Notes: generated by a model not told the origin, from the sequence alone. A stretch of DNA of 64,000 bases from an uncultured Gemmatimonadaceae bacterium (GCA_964444685.1 CAYUIG010000021.1:98-64097); one strand, 5' to 3'. Positions 9,783-20,026 are shown, counted from the stretch's first letter. Program-made: numbers and translations.

Positions 9783-9858
9783 CCCGCCGTGAGTCGCCCG
9801 CAGTAGGTCGCCCGCCGTGAGTCGCCCGCCGCAAGTCGCCCGCCGTGAGTTCGCCCGC
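9783..9858. repeat. Tandem 14-nt repeat (CCCGCCGTGAGTCG), about 5 copies; right arm, inverted relative to 9122-9236
   Basis: Direct reading shows units starting at 9783, 9797, 9811, 9825 and 9839. The unit is the reverse complement of the left-arm unit. Confidence 0.9.
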
Positions 9859-9961
9859 ACTGGCCGCCCCCGGCGGGTCCGCCCGGAGGGCAAACGCCCG
9901 GGGATCGAACCTTTCCAGCGCTCAACGGTATCTCAAGCGTCATCCCGGATCCAAGTAGCCG

Positions 9962-10936
9962 ATGGAGGTCGTGCGGATGGATGCGTTCCTTGCTTCCTTC
10001 CTGCTGAGGCTGTCGCTGTCCGTGTGGCTGCCGGTCGTGGCCCCGGCGCCGGCGCCCGCCCTGCTCGATGTCGAGCTGTCCGAGGAAGCGTTCGGCCGGA
10101 GCGGGGCGCTGCGGGCGGCGTTCGTCCTGCCGGGTGAGGCCGTCCCGTTCGATGTCCGCTGGCCCGAAACGCGTCCTGCGGATGCATGGTATCGCTGGAT
10201 CCCCACGGAGGGGGATCCGACGCCAAGCCGTCCCTTCGGCGGCACCGATCCGCTGGTCGCACCCGACCGCGCCGGCACGTGGACGCTGGAGGTCGGTTCC
10301 ACGGCGAGCACCCGCGCCTTCGACGACCTCACGCTCTTTGTGCTGGTGCCGGCGAGCGAGCAGCGAGGCGGGCTGCTGTACGGCTACCGCATCGGCGAGT
10401 ATCCGAGCGCCAATGGCCGCTATGCGCCGCCCCAGGCCTACATTCGCGTCACGCCCGAGACGCAGCACATCCAGATCTCCGAGCATTTCCGGCTGCGCGA
10501 GTTCCTCACGCACGACCAGGCCAACGTGTGGCCGAAGTTCGCGGTCGTGGATCCGCTCCTGCTGGACAAGCTCGAGCTGGTCATGGATGAACTCGAGTCG
10601 AGCGGCGTGCCCGCGCGTCACATGATCGTGATGAGCGGGTTCCGCACGCCGCAGTACAACAGGAAGGGGCTGTCGCAGGGCAGGGCGGAATTGAGCCGGC
10701 ATCAATACGGCGATGCCGCCGATGTCTGGGTCGACAACGATGGCGACTGGTACATCGACGACCTGAACCGCGACGGCCGGAAGAACCTGCGGGATGCGCG
10801 CGTGCTGCTCGAAGCCGTGGAGCGCGTCGAGCGGGCGCACCCCGAGCTGATCGGCGGCGCGGGCCTCTACGACGACAACGGCGCGCACGGCCCATTCGTG
10901 CACATCGACGTCCGCGGACGGCGTGCGCGCTGGTAG
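9962..10936 (+). CDS. Peptidase M15-family (Zn D,D-/L,D-peptidase-like) secreted protein
   Basis: 324 aa with a hydrophobic N-terminus. The C-terminal half carries SGFRTPQYN, SRHQYGDAADV and FVHIDVRG, the H-D-H metal-ligand pattern of the M15/YcbK-like fold. Confidence 0.7.
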   Translation: MEVVRMDAFLASFLLRLSLSVWLPVVAPAPAPALLDVELSEEAFGRSGALRAAFVLPGEAVPFDVRWPETRPADAWYRWIPTEGDPTPSRPFGGTDPLVAPDRAGTWTLEVGSTASTRAFDDLTLFVLVPASEQRGGLLYGYRIGEYPSANGRYAPPQAYIRVTPETQHIQISEHFRLREFLTHDQANVWPKFAVVDPLLLDKLELVMDELESSGVPARHMIVMSGFRTPQYNRKGLSQGRAELSRHQYGDAADVWVDNDGDWYIDDLNRDGRKNLRDARVLLEAVERVERAHPELIGGAGLYDDNGAHGPFVHIDVRGRRARW

Positions 10937-13067
10937 CATCGTAAGCCGCCTCATCGGAGTCGTGTTCCTCGCCGCGGCATGCAGCGGCGATGGGACCGGC
11001 CCGGGCAGTGGAAGTGGATTCACCGTCGTCGCAGTTGCGGGCGACGGCCAGTTCGGACTCCCCGGTGCGACGCTCGATCTGCCGCTGCGCGTCATGGTGC
11101 GCACGGCGACGGGCGCGGCCGCCTTCCAGCGCACGGTCGAGTGGCGGATCACGACCGGCAGCGGCGCGCTGCTCACACCATCCGAATCACAGACCGACAT
11201 CGACGGCATCGCGACGACGCAGCTTCGCCTCGGTCCCGACACGGGCATGTACCGAATCGAAGCGCGCGTCGGTGGCGCTTCCGGCGCGCCGACATTCAGT
11301 GCGCGGGCGATCGTCGCACCCGTCGTCGCCAACGTCGAACCTGGGACAGCGCCGGCCGGCTCGACGATCACGATCACGGGCAGCCAGTTCAGCGCCGCGA
11401 TCAACGAGATGAGCGTGCAGTTCAGCGGCATGCCGGGCACGATCCTGTCCGCAACGCCGACCACGCTCCAGGTCCGCGTGCCGGCGTGCGCACCGACACG
11501 CACGCTCCCGCTCGTCGTGCGCCGCGGCGCGGTCGCGAGCTCACCGGTTGACCTGCAGACCGTTGCATCGGCCGAAGCACCGCTGCAGCTCGCGCCGGGG
11601 CAGGGCATCCGCCTGAGCGGCAGCGAGCTCGCTTGCATCCGCCTGAACGCCGGACAGAACGAGCTCTGGCTCGCGGTCCCGCAGAATGCCGCGGCGGCTG
11701 AGGGGCCGTTCATGCTCTTCGGCATTGCGGCGCTCGCGGCAGGAACCGTCGCAGCACCGCCGTCGACGGTTTTCCTTACCGAACCACCGGCGACGACGTT
11801 CGCGCACGATCCCGAGCTGATGATCCGTCGGCGCGAGCGCGCGTTCGCGACGGGCGAACCGCCGCAGCCCGGCGCCGCGCCGCCGTTCGCTGCGGCCATG
11901 CAGGAGCCGCAGGTCGGCGACCGCCGCGACTTCTGGGTGCTGGACGAGGACACCGAGTTCGTGCGCATCACGGCCGAAGTGAAGGCCGTCACAGCGCACG
12001 CCGTGCTCTACCAGGATCTGAACGCTCCGTCCACCGGCCTGCTGCAGGACGATTTCAACGTCTTCGGCGCACTGTTCGACGATCCGATCTACGACGTCAC
12101 CGTCGATGCGTTCGGTCTGCCGTCGGACATCGATGGCAACGGCCGGATCATCATCCTCTTCACGCCGCGCGTGAACGATCTGAGCGACGGCAACGGCAAC
12201 AGCTTCATCGCGGGTTACTTCTACGGCTGCGATCTGGTGTCGAAGAGCCGCTGCGAGGGGACGAACCAGGCGGAGATCTTCTACAGCATGGTGCCGGACC
12301 CGTTCGGCGTGCACGGCATCCGCCACACGCGCGACGTCGTGCTGCGCACGGTGCCGGGCATCCTCGCGCACGAGTTCCAGCACATGATCCACTGGGGCCG
12401 CCTCGGCCGGCTGGACGACCTCTGGCTGTCGGAGGCGCTGGCGCACGCGGCGGAGGACCTGGTCGGCGACGAGCTGCTGGCACGCGCCGACACGCCACAG
12501 GCGGCCAACTTCAAGCTCCAGAACTTCGTGCGCGCCGTCACCTACCTCGAGGACGTGAGCGCCACGAGCGTCGTGAGCGAAACGCCGCCCGGCACACTCG
12601 AAATGCGCGGCGGCGCCTGGCTGCTGCTGAAGCACGTCGCGGCGCACTACGGCGGACCCGAGCTGCTCGGCCGGCTCACGGGCAGCACGCGGTCGGGCAT
12701 CGCGAACTTCGAGGCGGAGACGGGGCAGGATTGGGAACAGCTGATCTCGGACTTCGCCGTCGCCATCTGGGCGGATGGTGAACCGGCGCTGGAGAACGTG
12801 GCACTCGACGAACGCTACACGTACCCCAACTTCGATGTGCGACGCGTGCTCGGACAGTTCCAGGGCGGATTCCCGCTCGTCCCGCCCGACTGGATCTGGT
12901 CCGATTTCCACGTGACCGGCGAGCTGCCCGCATCCAGTCAGAGCTACTTCCTGATGCGCTCCAACGTCAGCACGCTCGGACCGCTGAACCTGTCGATGGC
13001 AGGTTACTTCGGGGCCCCGTTCCTTCCGGGTACCACGCCGCAGCTCACGCTGCTGCGCGTGCGCTGA
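10923..13067 (+). CDS. Secreted lipoprotein zinc metalloprotease (HExxH; hyicolysin/M30-like) with N-terminal Ig-like/IPT repeats
   Basis: GTG start and lipobox FLAAAC. Two Ig-like segments are present (an IPT-like stretch PAGSTITITGSQF), and the catalytic-type motif is ILAHEFQHMIHW. Confidence 0.7.
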   Translation: MRAGSIVSRLIGVVFLAAACSGDGTGPGSGSGFTVVAVAGDGQFGLPGATLDLPLRVMVRTATGAAAFQRTVEWRITTGSGALLTPSESQTDIDGIATTQLRLGPDTGMYRIEARVGGASGAPTFSARAIVAPVVANVEPGTAPAGSTITITGSQFSAAINEMSVQFSGMPGTILSATPTTLQVRVPACAPTRTLPLVVRRGAVASSPVDLQTVASAEAPLQLAPGQGIRLSGSELACIRLNAGQNELWLAVPQNAAAAEGPFMLFGIAALAAGTVAAPPSTVFLTEPPATTFAHDPELMIRRRERAFATGEPPQPGAAPPFAAAMQEPQVGDRRDFWVLDEDTEFVRITAEVKAVTAHAVLYQDLNAPSTGLLQDDFNVFGALFDDPIYDVTVDAFGLPSDIDGNGRIIILFTPRVNDLSDGNGNSFIAGYFYGCDLVSKSRCEGTNQAEIFYSMVPDPFGVHGIRHTRDVVLRTVPGILAHEFQHMIHWGRLGRLDDLWLSEALAHAAEDLVGDELLARADTPQAANFKLQNFVRAVTYLEDVSATSVVSETPPGTLEMRGGAWLLLKHVAAHYGGPELLGRLTGSTRSGIANFEAETGQDWEQLISDFAVAIWADGEPALENVALDERYTYPNFDVRRVLGQFQGGFPLVPPDWIWSDFHVTGELPASSQSYFLMRSNVSTLGPLNLSMAGYFGAPFLPGTTPQLTLLRVR

Positions 13068-13070
13068 GCG

Positions 13071-14183
13071 CTACTCCACGCGTTCGAGCCGCGGGTTCTC
13101 GCGGTAGGCGCGCCCCACCTTCGAGACCGGCCGGCCGTTCACCTTCACCACATCCGCAGTGAAGTCGTACGCGTCGCGGAAAAGCGTTGAGCCGACGCCG
13201 TACGCATCCACGGGCACGTCGAGATCGCGGAACGTGCGGATCTTGTCCGCGTTGAACCCGCCCGATACCACGATCTGCACATCCACGAACCCCTCGGCGT
13301 CGAGTGCTGCGCGCACGTTGCGCACGAGCTGCGGATTGACACCGGTCGGTGTGAATGAACCCATCATGGGCAGGATCGAGCGGTCGACGAGTGTCTCGGA
13401 GGTGTCCAGTCGCACGCCCGCCAGCCTTGGTCCCAGCGCGCGCGCAACGGCCAGCGACGTACCCACGGAGTCGTTCTCGAAATCGACGAGCGCGATGATG
13501 CGCACGTCCTCGGGAATGTGACGCGCGAACGCCTGCGCGGCCGCGACGGTGTCGCCGCCGTACGCTGCGATCAGCGCGTGCGGTACAGTGCCGACGCCGC
13601 GCGATCCCCACCATGAGGCCTGCGCATCCGTCGACACGCCGATCGCGCCCGCGATGTGCGCGGCATACCCGTCGCCCGTCTGCACAAGCCAGTGGTCGTG
13701 GCGCGCGGGGAAGAAGATGATGGGCTTGGGCCACGCGGCCTCGACGACGCGCCGCGTGTTCGTTGCCACCTTCGTTCGGCGGCCGAGTACGCCGAGATAC
13801 ACCGTCTCGAGATGCGCGAACGCCGTGTACGGCCCGGTGATGTGCATCACGGGCTCCCACGGTTCGATGCGGTCGCCGTCCCAGAGCGCGCGCACGTCGA
13901 GGTCCGACCACGCGTATCCCTCCGTGAGACACAGCTTGAGGATCGCGATCGCCTCGTCGATGCCGCCGAGCCAGGCCTCCTTCTTCTGGAACACCTGCAT
14001 CGTGACTTCGACGTCGGAGCCATCCGCGATCAGCACGTCGCGCGTGTAGAGGAAGTACTTGTCCGAGTAGTAGCCCTCGCGCATGCGCTGCACGGGGAGC
14101 TGGAAGATGGAAGGATCCAGCCGCCGGCCGGGGCGAAGCGGGGGCGGTGGGCCCCCGTCGGGTGAGGAAACGCGTGCGTTCAT
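13071..14183 (-). CDS. Nicotinate phosphoribosyltransferase-family protein (short, archaeal-type)
   Basis: 370 aa with a YYSDKYF-type N-terminus and a TIM-barrel PRTase core (VGTVPHALI, GVRLDTS, VSGGF). Confidence 0.8.
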   Translation of the reverse strand: MNARVSSPDGGPPPPLRPGRRLDPSIFQLPVQRMREGYYSDKYFLYTRDVLIADGSDVEVTMQVFQKKEAWLGGIDEAIAILKLCLTEGYAWSDLDVRALWDGDRIEPWEPVMHITGPYTAFAHLETVYLGVLGRRTKVATNTRRVVEAAWPKPIIFFPARHDHWLVQTGDGYAAHIAGAIGVSTDAQASWWGSRGVGTVPHALIAAYGGDTVAAAQAFARHIPEDVRIIALVDFENDSVGTSLAVARALGPRLAGVRLDTSETLVDRSILPMMGSFTPTGVNPQLVRNVRAALDAEGFVDVQIVVSGGFNADKIRTFRDLDVPVDAYGVGSTLFRDAYDFTADVVKVNGRPVSKVGRAYRENPRLERVE

Positions 14184-14235
14184 GGTTGTGGTTGTGACCG
14201 CGCGCGAACGTAGCCCGGCGCGCGGGGCGTGGCAA

Positions 14236-15132
14236 TCACGGCAGGGCGGGCGGCCTGCGCCGCACGCTGCCGAGCTGGGTGAGCGCGACGCCGCCCAGCA
14301 CGACGGCCGCGCCCACGAGCTGCCGAACGCTCGGTACCTCGCCCAGCCAGAGCCATGCGATCAACAGCGCCAGCGCGGGCACGAGATTGCTGAACGCCGC
14401 CGTGCGCGTGTTGCCGAGCACAGCAACGGCTGCGTACCAGATCAGGTATGCCACGCCGATGCTGAGTGCGCCCGCATAGGCGATCGCGAGCCATTCGTCG
14501 ACGCCAAGCGTCGTGAAATCCAGCCGGAAGACGTCGGGCAGGCCGAGCAGCACCAGGCCGATCGCGCCGATCGTGAGCGTCCACGCCGTCATGTTGAGTG
14601 CACCGTAGGCGCGCACGAAGTTGCGGCTGCCCACCGTGTACGCGGCCCAGGCGAAGCTCGCACCGATCAGAAACGCGGCGCCGAGCAGCGTACCGTTGCC
14701 GGCCGTGTTCGCCGGAGGCACGACCAGCGCGATGCCCGCAGAGGCCGCCACGAGCCCGACCCACGTGCTCGCGTCGATGCGCTCGTGCCCGTTCCATGCG
14801 GAAAACAGCGCGGTCAGCACGGGCGTCCCGGCCAAGAGCACGCTGGCCGTACCCGCCCGCGTGCGCGAGATCCCGAGGATGAAAAAGAGCTGGTACAGCA
14901 TGTTGCCGAGGACGCCGAGCGCGAGCACGCGCAGCCGGTCGCCGGGATCCGGCAGCCGCAGCCGGCCGTGCGCACGCAGCGCCACGAGAATCACAGCCGC
15001 GGCGAGAGGGAAGCGGAGCGCATTGAACGCGAGGGGCGGAACCGTCGCCAGTGCGTCCTTCGTTACCGAGAAGTTGAGGGCCCAGATGCCCACCATCAGA
15101 AGCAGCAGCCCCTGCGCCCGCGCCGGCCCCAT
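14236..15132 (-). CDS. DMT-superfamily transporter (two EamA domains)
   Basis: I used the ATG at 15132 within the longer tracked ORF. This gives 298 aa with about 10 TM helices and the duplicated EamA pattern. The upstream part of the tracked ORF is antisense to fabI. Confidence 0.85.
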   Translation of the reverse strand: MGPARAQGLLLLMVGIWALNFSVTKDALATVPPLAFNALRFPLAAAVILVALRAHGRLRLPDPGDRLRVLALGVLGNMLYQLFFILGISRTRAGTASVLLAGTPVLTALFSAWNGHERIDASTWVGLVAASAGIALVVPPANTAGNGTLLGAAFLIGASFAWAAYTVGSRNFVRAYGALNMTAWTLTIGAIGLVLLGLPDVFRLDFTTLGVDEWLAIAYAGALSIGVAYLIWYAAVAVLGNTRTAAFSNLVPALALLIAWLWLGEVPSVRQLVGAAVVLGGVALTQLGSVRRRPPALP

Positions 15133-15252
15133 GATCCTCCCGATTTCGAGTCGCGGGGAATGGATCGGGGCGGCCGCGCGCGCGCAATACCGCCTTGCCG
15201 CTGCCTCTCCGCGGCGGCTACCTTCGCGCCGGACGCGAACCGGGAGAACAGG

Positions 15253-16029
<777 letters not shown>

Positions 16030-16032
16030 GCG

Positions 16033-16788
16033 CTACTCGCGCTGGTCGGTGGGCGGCGGCGCAGGCGGCATCGGTTCTGCAGGCGGAACGGGCGAGCTGC
16101 GTGAGCGCTCATCGTGGCGCACGGGCGGCCGCCAGCGGTTGCGCGCGTACCATTCGCGCGTGATCTCCGCGGCTACATCGCGGCCGCCGAGCCCGAACGC
16201 GATGCCGGCCGCGAGTGCGGCCGCGCCGACGACGGCGATGAAGAACACGAGTACGATGTCCTGGGCGATCTCGAGCTGGTCGAGCGCCATGAACACCGCG
16301 AGGAGGATGATCGCAGCCTTCCCGGCGCGCGCCATCGTGACGGCACCGGGCAGCGCACCGGCGGAGGCGAGGATGAGGTCCTTCAGGAATTCGCCGAGCA
16401 GGATGCCGAGCGTGAGTACGATCACGGCGGCGATCACACTCGGGATGTAGGCGAGCAGCTCGCCGAAGAGGATGCTGATCGCGGTAATGCCGAGTGCGTT
16501 CGCGCCGAGGATGATCACGAGCAGCATGACCATCCAGAAAACGAGCTTCGCGAGGACCGATGACGGATCCAGCGTGGTGCCCGCGCGCTCGAGGGCTTCG
16601 GTGACGCCGCCCTCGCGCATCCAGCGGTCGAAGCCGATGCGGTGCAGCGCCGCATCCGTGCCGCGCTCCACCATCTTCGCGACGACGAAGCCGACCATGA
16701 GGATGCCCAGCGCGGCTGCCAGGCGTGGCAGGAACTCCATGATCTGGCGGATGCCCTGCTCGAGTTCCACCATCAGTGCATCGGGCAT
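16033..16788 (-). CDS. Membrane protein with conserved TM-helix repeats (MscS-N-terminal-like)
   Basis: 251 aa from the ATG at 16788. Several hydrophobic helices have repeated G/A-rich faces, and the tail is proline-rich. Confidence 0.6.
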   Translation of the reverse strand: MPDALMVELEQGIRQIMEFLPRLAAALGILMVGFVVAKMVERGTDAALHRIGFDRWMREGGVTEALERAGTTLDPSSVLAKLVFWMVMLLVIILGANALGITAISILFGELLAYIPSVIAAVIVLTLGILLGEFLKDLILASAGALPGAVTMARAGKAAIILLAVFMALDQLEIAQDIVLVFFIAVVGAAALAAGIAFGLGGRDVAAEITREWYARNRWRPPVRHDERSRSSPVPPAEPMPPAPPPTDQRE

Positions 16789-16857
16789 GCGGGTCCTCTG
16801 CGGGGAGTGGCCGGTGAACGCTGCGACGCGCCGCATCGCGGCGCAAGGGCGCTGATC

Positions 16858-17088
16858 GTGCGCGGCTTCGTCGACCGCAACGGCGGCCGGTGGGACGTGG
16901 TGCTCGGCCGCGAGTCGTTCGGCGCGCTGCTCGCCCTGTTCGTACCCGCCGGGCCCGCCGACGCGCGCGCCGTCCGCCAGGCGCCGCTGCGCGCCGTGGG
17001 GTATGACGAGGCGGAACGCGAGCTGGCGTCCCTCGATGACGCGGGACTCCAGTCCCTGTTCGATGGATCGAAACTGAAGGAGTCGTAA
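16858..17088 (+). CDS. Small hypothetical protein (76 aa), paralog of the next ORF
   Basis: A GTG at 16858 is in frame with tracked ORF 16642-17088. The N-terminus FVDRNGGRW matches FEDENGRGW of the downstream ORF. There is no known domain, and the start is tentative. Confidence 0.35.
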   Translation: MRGFVDRNGGRWDVVLGRESFGALLALFVPAGPADARAVRQAPLRAVGYDEAERELASLDDAGLQSLFDGSKLKES

Positions 17089-17093
17089 CGACG

Positions 17094-17375
17094 ATGCGAA
17101 GGTTCGAGGATGAGAACGGCCGGGGGTGGATCGCAGACGCGATCGAGGAGCGTACGCCGCGCCATCACGGCCGCTGGTACCTGATCTTCCGCGAGGACAA
17201 GGCGCATTCGGAGCCGCTGCCCATGCCCGAGATCCGCTGGCAGACGCACGAAACCGCGGCCCGCACCCTCGCCGCGATGTCTCTGTTCGAACTCCGGCGA
17301 CGTCTCGCCGAGGCCCTCTCGCGCCATGCACCCCCCAGCCCGCGCCAGATTCGCGCCGGCGCGAAGACCGCGTGA
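17094..17375 (+). CDS. Small hypothetical protein (93 aa)
   Basis: ATG start 5 nt after the previous stop. Its stop overlaps the GTG start of the C40 peptidase (GTGA), which suggests translational coupling. Confidence 0.45.
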   Translation: MRRFEDENGRGWIADAIEERTPRHHGRWYLIFREDKAHSEPLPMPEIRWQTHETAARTLAAMSLFELRRRLAEALSRHAPPSPRQIRAGAKTA

Positions 17376-18238
17376 GTCGCGACGACTTCGACGCGATCGT
17401 CGCGGCGGAGGGAGGCGAGCCGGCGTACGCGGTCGTGACCGCCGCGGTCGCGCCCGTCTACGACGAGCCGGTACTTCCCGCCGCGCTGATCTCCCAGCTC
17501 GTCATGGGGACGCGCGTCGACATCCTCGTCCGGCGCGGGAACTGGTGCCTCGTGCGCGGCGAGGATGCGTACCGCGGCTGGGTGCACGCCGGCTACCTCA
17601 TGGAGGGCCCCGAAGAGTGGGCGATGGGGTGGGAACGCGGGACGGGCGCCGAACCGGTCGTGTCACTCGGGGCGGAGCTCGCCGACGAGAACGGCTGGGT
17701 CTTCGCCCGGCCGCCCTGGGGTGCACGCCTCTTCAAGTACGGCGGCCACTACGGCACGCCCGATGATCGTCGCGGCACCGTCGCCCGCGGCGAGATCGTC
17801 GACATCGACCGCCGCACCGACCGCTACCCGCCACGGGGCGAGAGCGTCGCGCGCACCGCGCGCGCATGGCTCGGCACGCCCTATCTCTGGGGCGGCGTCA
17901 CACCCGCCGGCGCCGACTGCTCCGGCTTCGTGCAGGCGGTGTTCTGGATGCACGGCATTGCACTGCCGCGCGACTCCGATCAGCAGGCGGAAGTCGGCGA
18001 ACCCGTTGCGCCGGGTGTCGAGTTCGAGAAGCTGCGTGCGGGTGACCTGCTCTACTTCGCGGAGAACGGCGGCAGCCGCGTCACACACGTGGCGCTCTCC
18101 ACGGGCGGCGCGCGCATCGTGCATTCGGCGTTGTCGAATGGTGGCGTAGCGGAGAACGATCTGGCGGGGGAAGCGTCGCTCGAAATCCGGCTGCGCAAGG
18201 ATTTCGTCGGCGCGCGCCGACTGCTTCCCGATGGATAG
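17372..18238 (+). CDS. C40 (NlpC/P60) peptidoglycan endopeptidase with N-terminal SH3-like domains
   Basis: GTG start at 17372. The catalytic Cys motif is GADCSGFVQAVF, with a downstream THVALS histidine. The N-terminal SH3b-like segment is VDILVRRGNWCLVRGEDAYRGWV. Confidence 0.85.
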   Translation: MSRDDFDAIVAAEGGEPAYAVVTAAVAPVYDEPVLPAALISQLVMGTRVDILVRRGNWCLVRGEDAYRGWVHAGYLMEGPEEWAMGWERGTGAEPVVSLGAELADENGWVFARPPWGARLFKYGGHYGTPDDRRGTVARGEIVDIDRRTDRYPPRGESVARTARAWLGTPYLWGGVTPAGADCSGFVQAVFWMHGIALPRDSDQQAEVGEPVAPGVEFEKLRAGDLLYFAENGGSRVTHVALSTGGARIVHSALSNGGVAENDLAGEASLEIRLRKDFVGARRLLPDG

Positions 18239-20026
18239 CTAGCGGACGCGGATCGTTCGTCCGGGGATGAGCCGCCGCGGGTTCAGCCCCGGGTTGGCGG
18301 CACGGAGTGCGGACACGGTCGTGTCGTACTGCTTCGCGATGCCGTCGAACGTGTCCCCCGGCTGGATCACGTGCGTGGTTGGCTGTGCGGGTTCGGGCGC
18401 GGCTTCCGCGGGCGCCTGCTCGGGTTCCGGTGTCGCGGGGTCCGCAGAGGGTGCGGCTGCCGGAACGTCGCCCTGGAAGCCCGGCCGCGTGAAGCCGGCG
18501 AGCGCCGCGCCGATCTCATCCTCGATACGCTTCGCGCGCCACGTGGACGGCACGTTGTTCGAGATGATGCTGAACGCGAGCACCTCGCCGTTGGCCGCGG
18601 TCACGTAGCCCGACAGCGCCGACACGCGTTCGATCGTCCCCGTCTTCGCGCGCAGGTTGAACGCGGCCGGCGTCCGCTGCATGCGACGCAGGCCGTCACG
18701 TGCACCGGCCTCCGGCAGTGTCGCGCGGTATTCCTCCCACATAGGTGACGCGCGCATGAACGAGAGCAGGGAAATGAGCGTCCCTGCGCTCGAACGGTTC
18801 AGCACCGAGAGCCCCGAGCCATCCGCCTGATGGAATTCGAGCGACGCGGACCCCGCGGCCTGCTCGAGTACGTGCGACACCGCACGTGCGCCGCCCTCCA
18901 CCGTGCCGGCGCCCGCGGCGACGCGGCCGACGGTGCGGATCGTCTGCTCCGCCATCATGTTGTGGCTCTGCTTGTTGATGATCTCCAGCACTTCGCGCAG
19001 CGGCGGTGACTGGTGGATCGCGATGACGCGCAGCGGCTCCGCCGATCCGAACGCGGGCGCGAACACCGTCCGGCCCGTGACACGCGACTGCGCCGGGCTC
19101 GTCACCGAGCGCACCGTACCCGTTACGACGATGCCGCGCTCATCGAGCAGCTCGCGCAGCGCTGCGGCCGCGTAGCGCGCGGGGTCGGCGACGGGAACGT
19201 AGCGGACCACTTCGCGGGCATTGCGCGCGATGCGGCCGCGCACCACGAGTGGGCCATCGTACGACGTGCGCGTCACCGTCAGGCGCGTGCTACCGGACGC
19301 GGTCGTCGTCGCCTCGTTCACGATGCCGAGATCCTGTCCGCCCGGGACCGCGTCCACGATCGGCGGCTGGCCGGCCTCGGACGCGGGGGTGATGCGGACC
19401 ATCGCGATGTTCTCGGCGAAGCTGAGCGCGCTCGCCGGCGCCGCGTACGACGCGTTGATGTAGCGGACGTTCCAGCCCTCGCCTGAGGACGACCCCTTGA
19501 AGTACGACGCGTCGCCGATCACATCGCCGCGCACCTCGTGGACGCCGAGTGCGGCGAGCGTGTCCGCAAACGCGCGGAAGACGTCCAGCTTGCTGCCGAA
19601 GCGGTCGGAGATCGTGGGGTCTCCCGTGCCGTACAGCACGAGGTCGCCCTCGAGCACGCCCGCGTCGACCGGCCCACCCGCGAAGAGGAAGGTGTTGAAG
19701 CGGAACTCGGGGCCGAGGAAGTAGAGCGCGGCCGCGGTCGTGAACAGCTTGATGTTCGACGCCGGCGCGAGCGCGCGGTCCGGATGGCGCGCGTACAGCG
19801 TGTCGCCCCGGTCGAGGGAGACGACGAGGACACTCCACTCATCGTTCCGCCAGTTCGCGCCCTCGATCATCCGGTCTACCTGGGCGCGCAGGTCCACCAC
19901 CGCCGGTGACGACCGGACCGGTGACGCGGCCGGCTCGGCCAGCGCCTGGGCGTGCGGGGCCTGGGCGGTGGCCGGGGTCCCCAGCACCACCAAACCGACA
20001 ACGAACGCGAAAAGCTTTCGCTTCAT
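18239..20026 (-). CDS. D-Ala-D-Ala carboxypeptidase/endopeptidase (PBP4, S13 family) with C-terminal LysM
   Basis: The ATG at 20026 gives a signal peptide (MKRKLFAFVVGLVVLG). It has the SxxK motif APASNIKLF and a KTG triad (RAKTGT). The C-terminal LysM is HVIQPGDTFDGIAKQYDTTVSALRAANPGL. Confidence 0.85.
   Translation of the reverse strand: MKRKLFAFVVGLVVLGTPATAQAPHAQALAEPAASPVRSSPAVVDLRAQVDRMIEGANWRNDEWSVLVVSLDRGDTLYARHPDRALAPASNIKLFTTAAALYFLGPEFRFNTFLFAGGPVDAGVLEGDLVLYGTGDPTISDRFGSKLDVFRAFADTLAALGVHEVRGDVIGDASYFKGSSSGEGWNVRYINASYAAPASALSFAENIAMVRITPASEAGQPPIVDAVPGGQDLGIVNEATTTASGSTRLTVTRTSYDGPLVVRGRIARNAREVVRYVPVADPARYAAAALRELLDERGIVVTGTVRSVTSPAQSRVTGRTVFAPAFGSAEPLRVIAIHQSPPLREVLEIINKQSHNMMAEQTIRTVGRVAAGAGTVEGGARAVSHVLEQAAGSASLEFHQADGSGLSVLNRSSAGTLISLLSFMRASPMWEEYRATLPEAGARDGLRRMQRTPAAFNLRAKTGTIERVSALSGYVTAANGEVLAFSIISNNVPSTWRAKRIEDEIGAALAGFTRPGFQGDVPAAAPSADPATPEPEQAPAEAAPEPAQPTTHVIQPGDTFDGIAKQYDTTVSALRAANPGLNPRRLIPGRTIRVR

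Noticed and set aside
14083-15252. The 5' part of the 648-aa ORF that contains fabI
   Set aside because: The upstream 390 codons are antisense to the EamA transporter and are highly Arg/Glu/His-rich. FabI homology begins at the MEGRLFEG methionine (15253).
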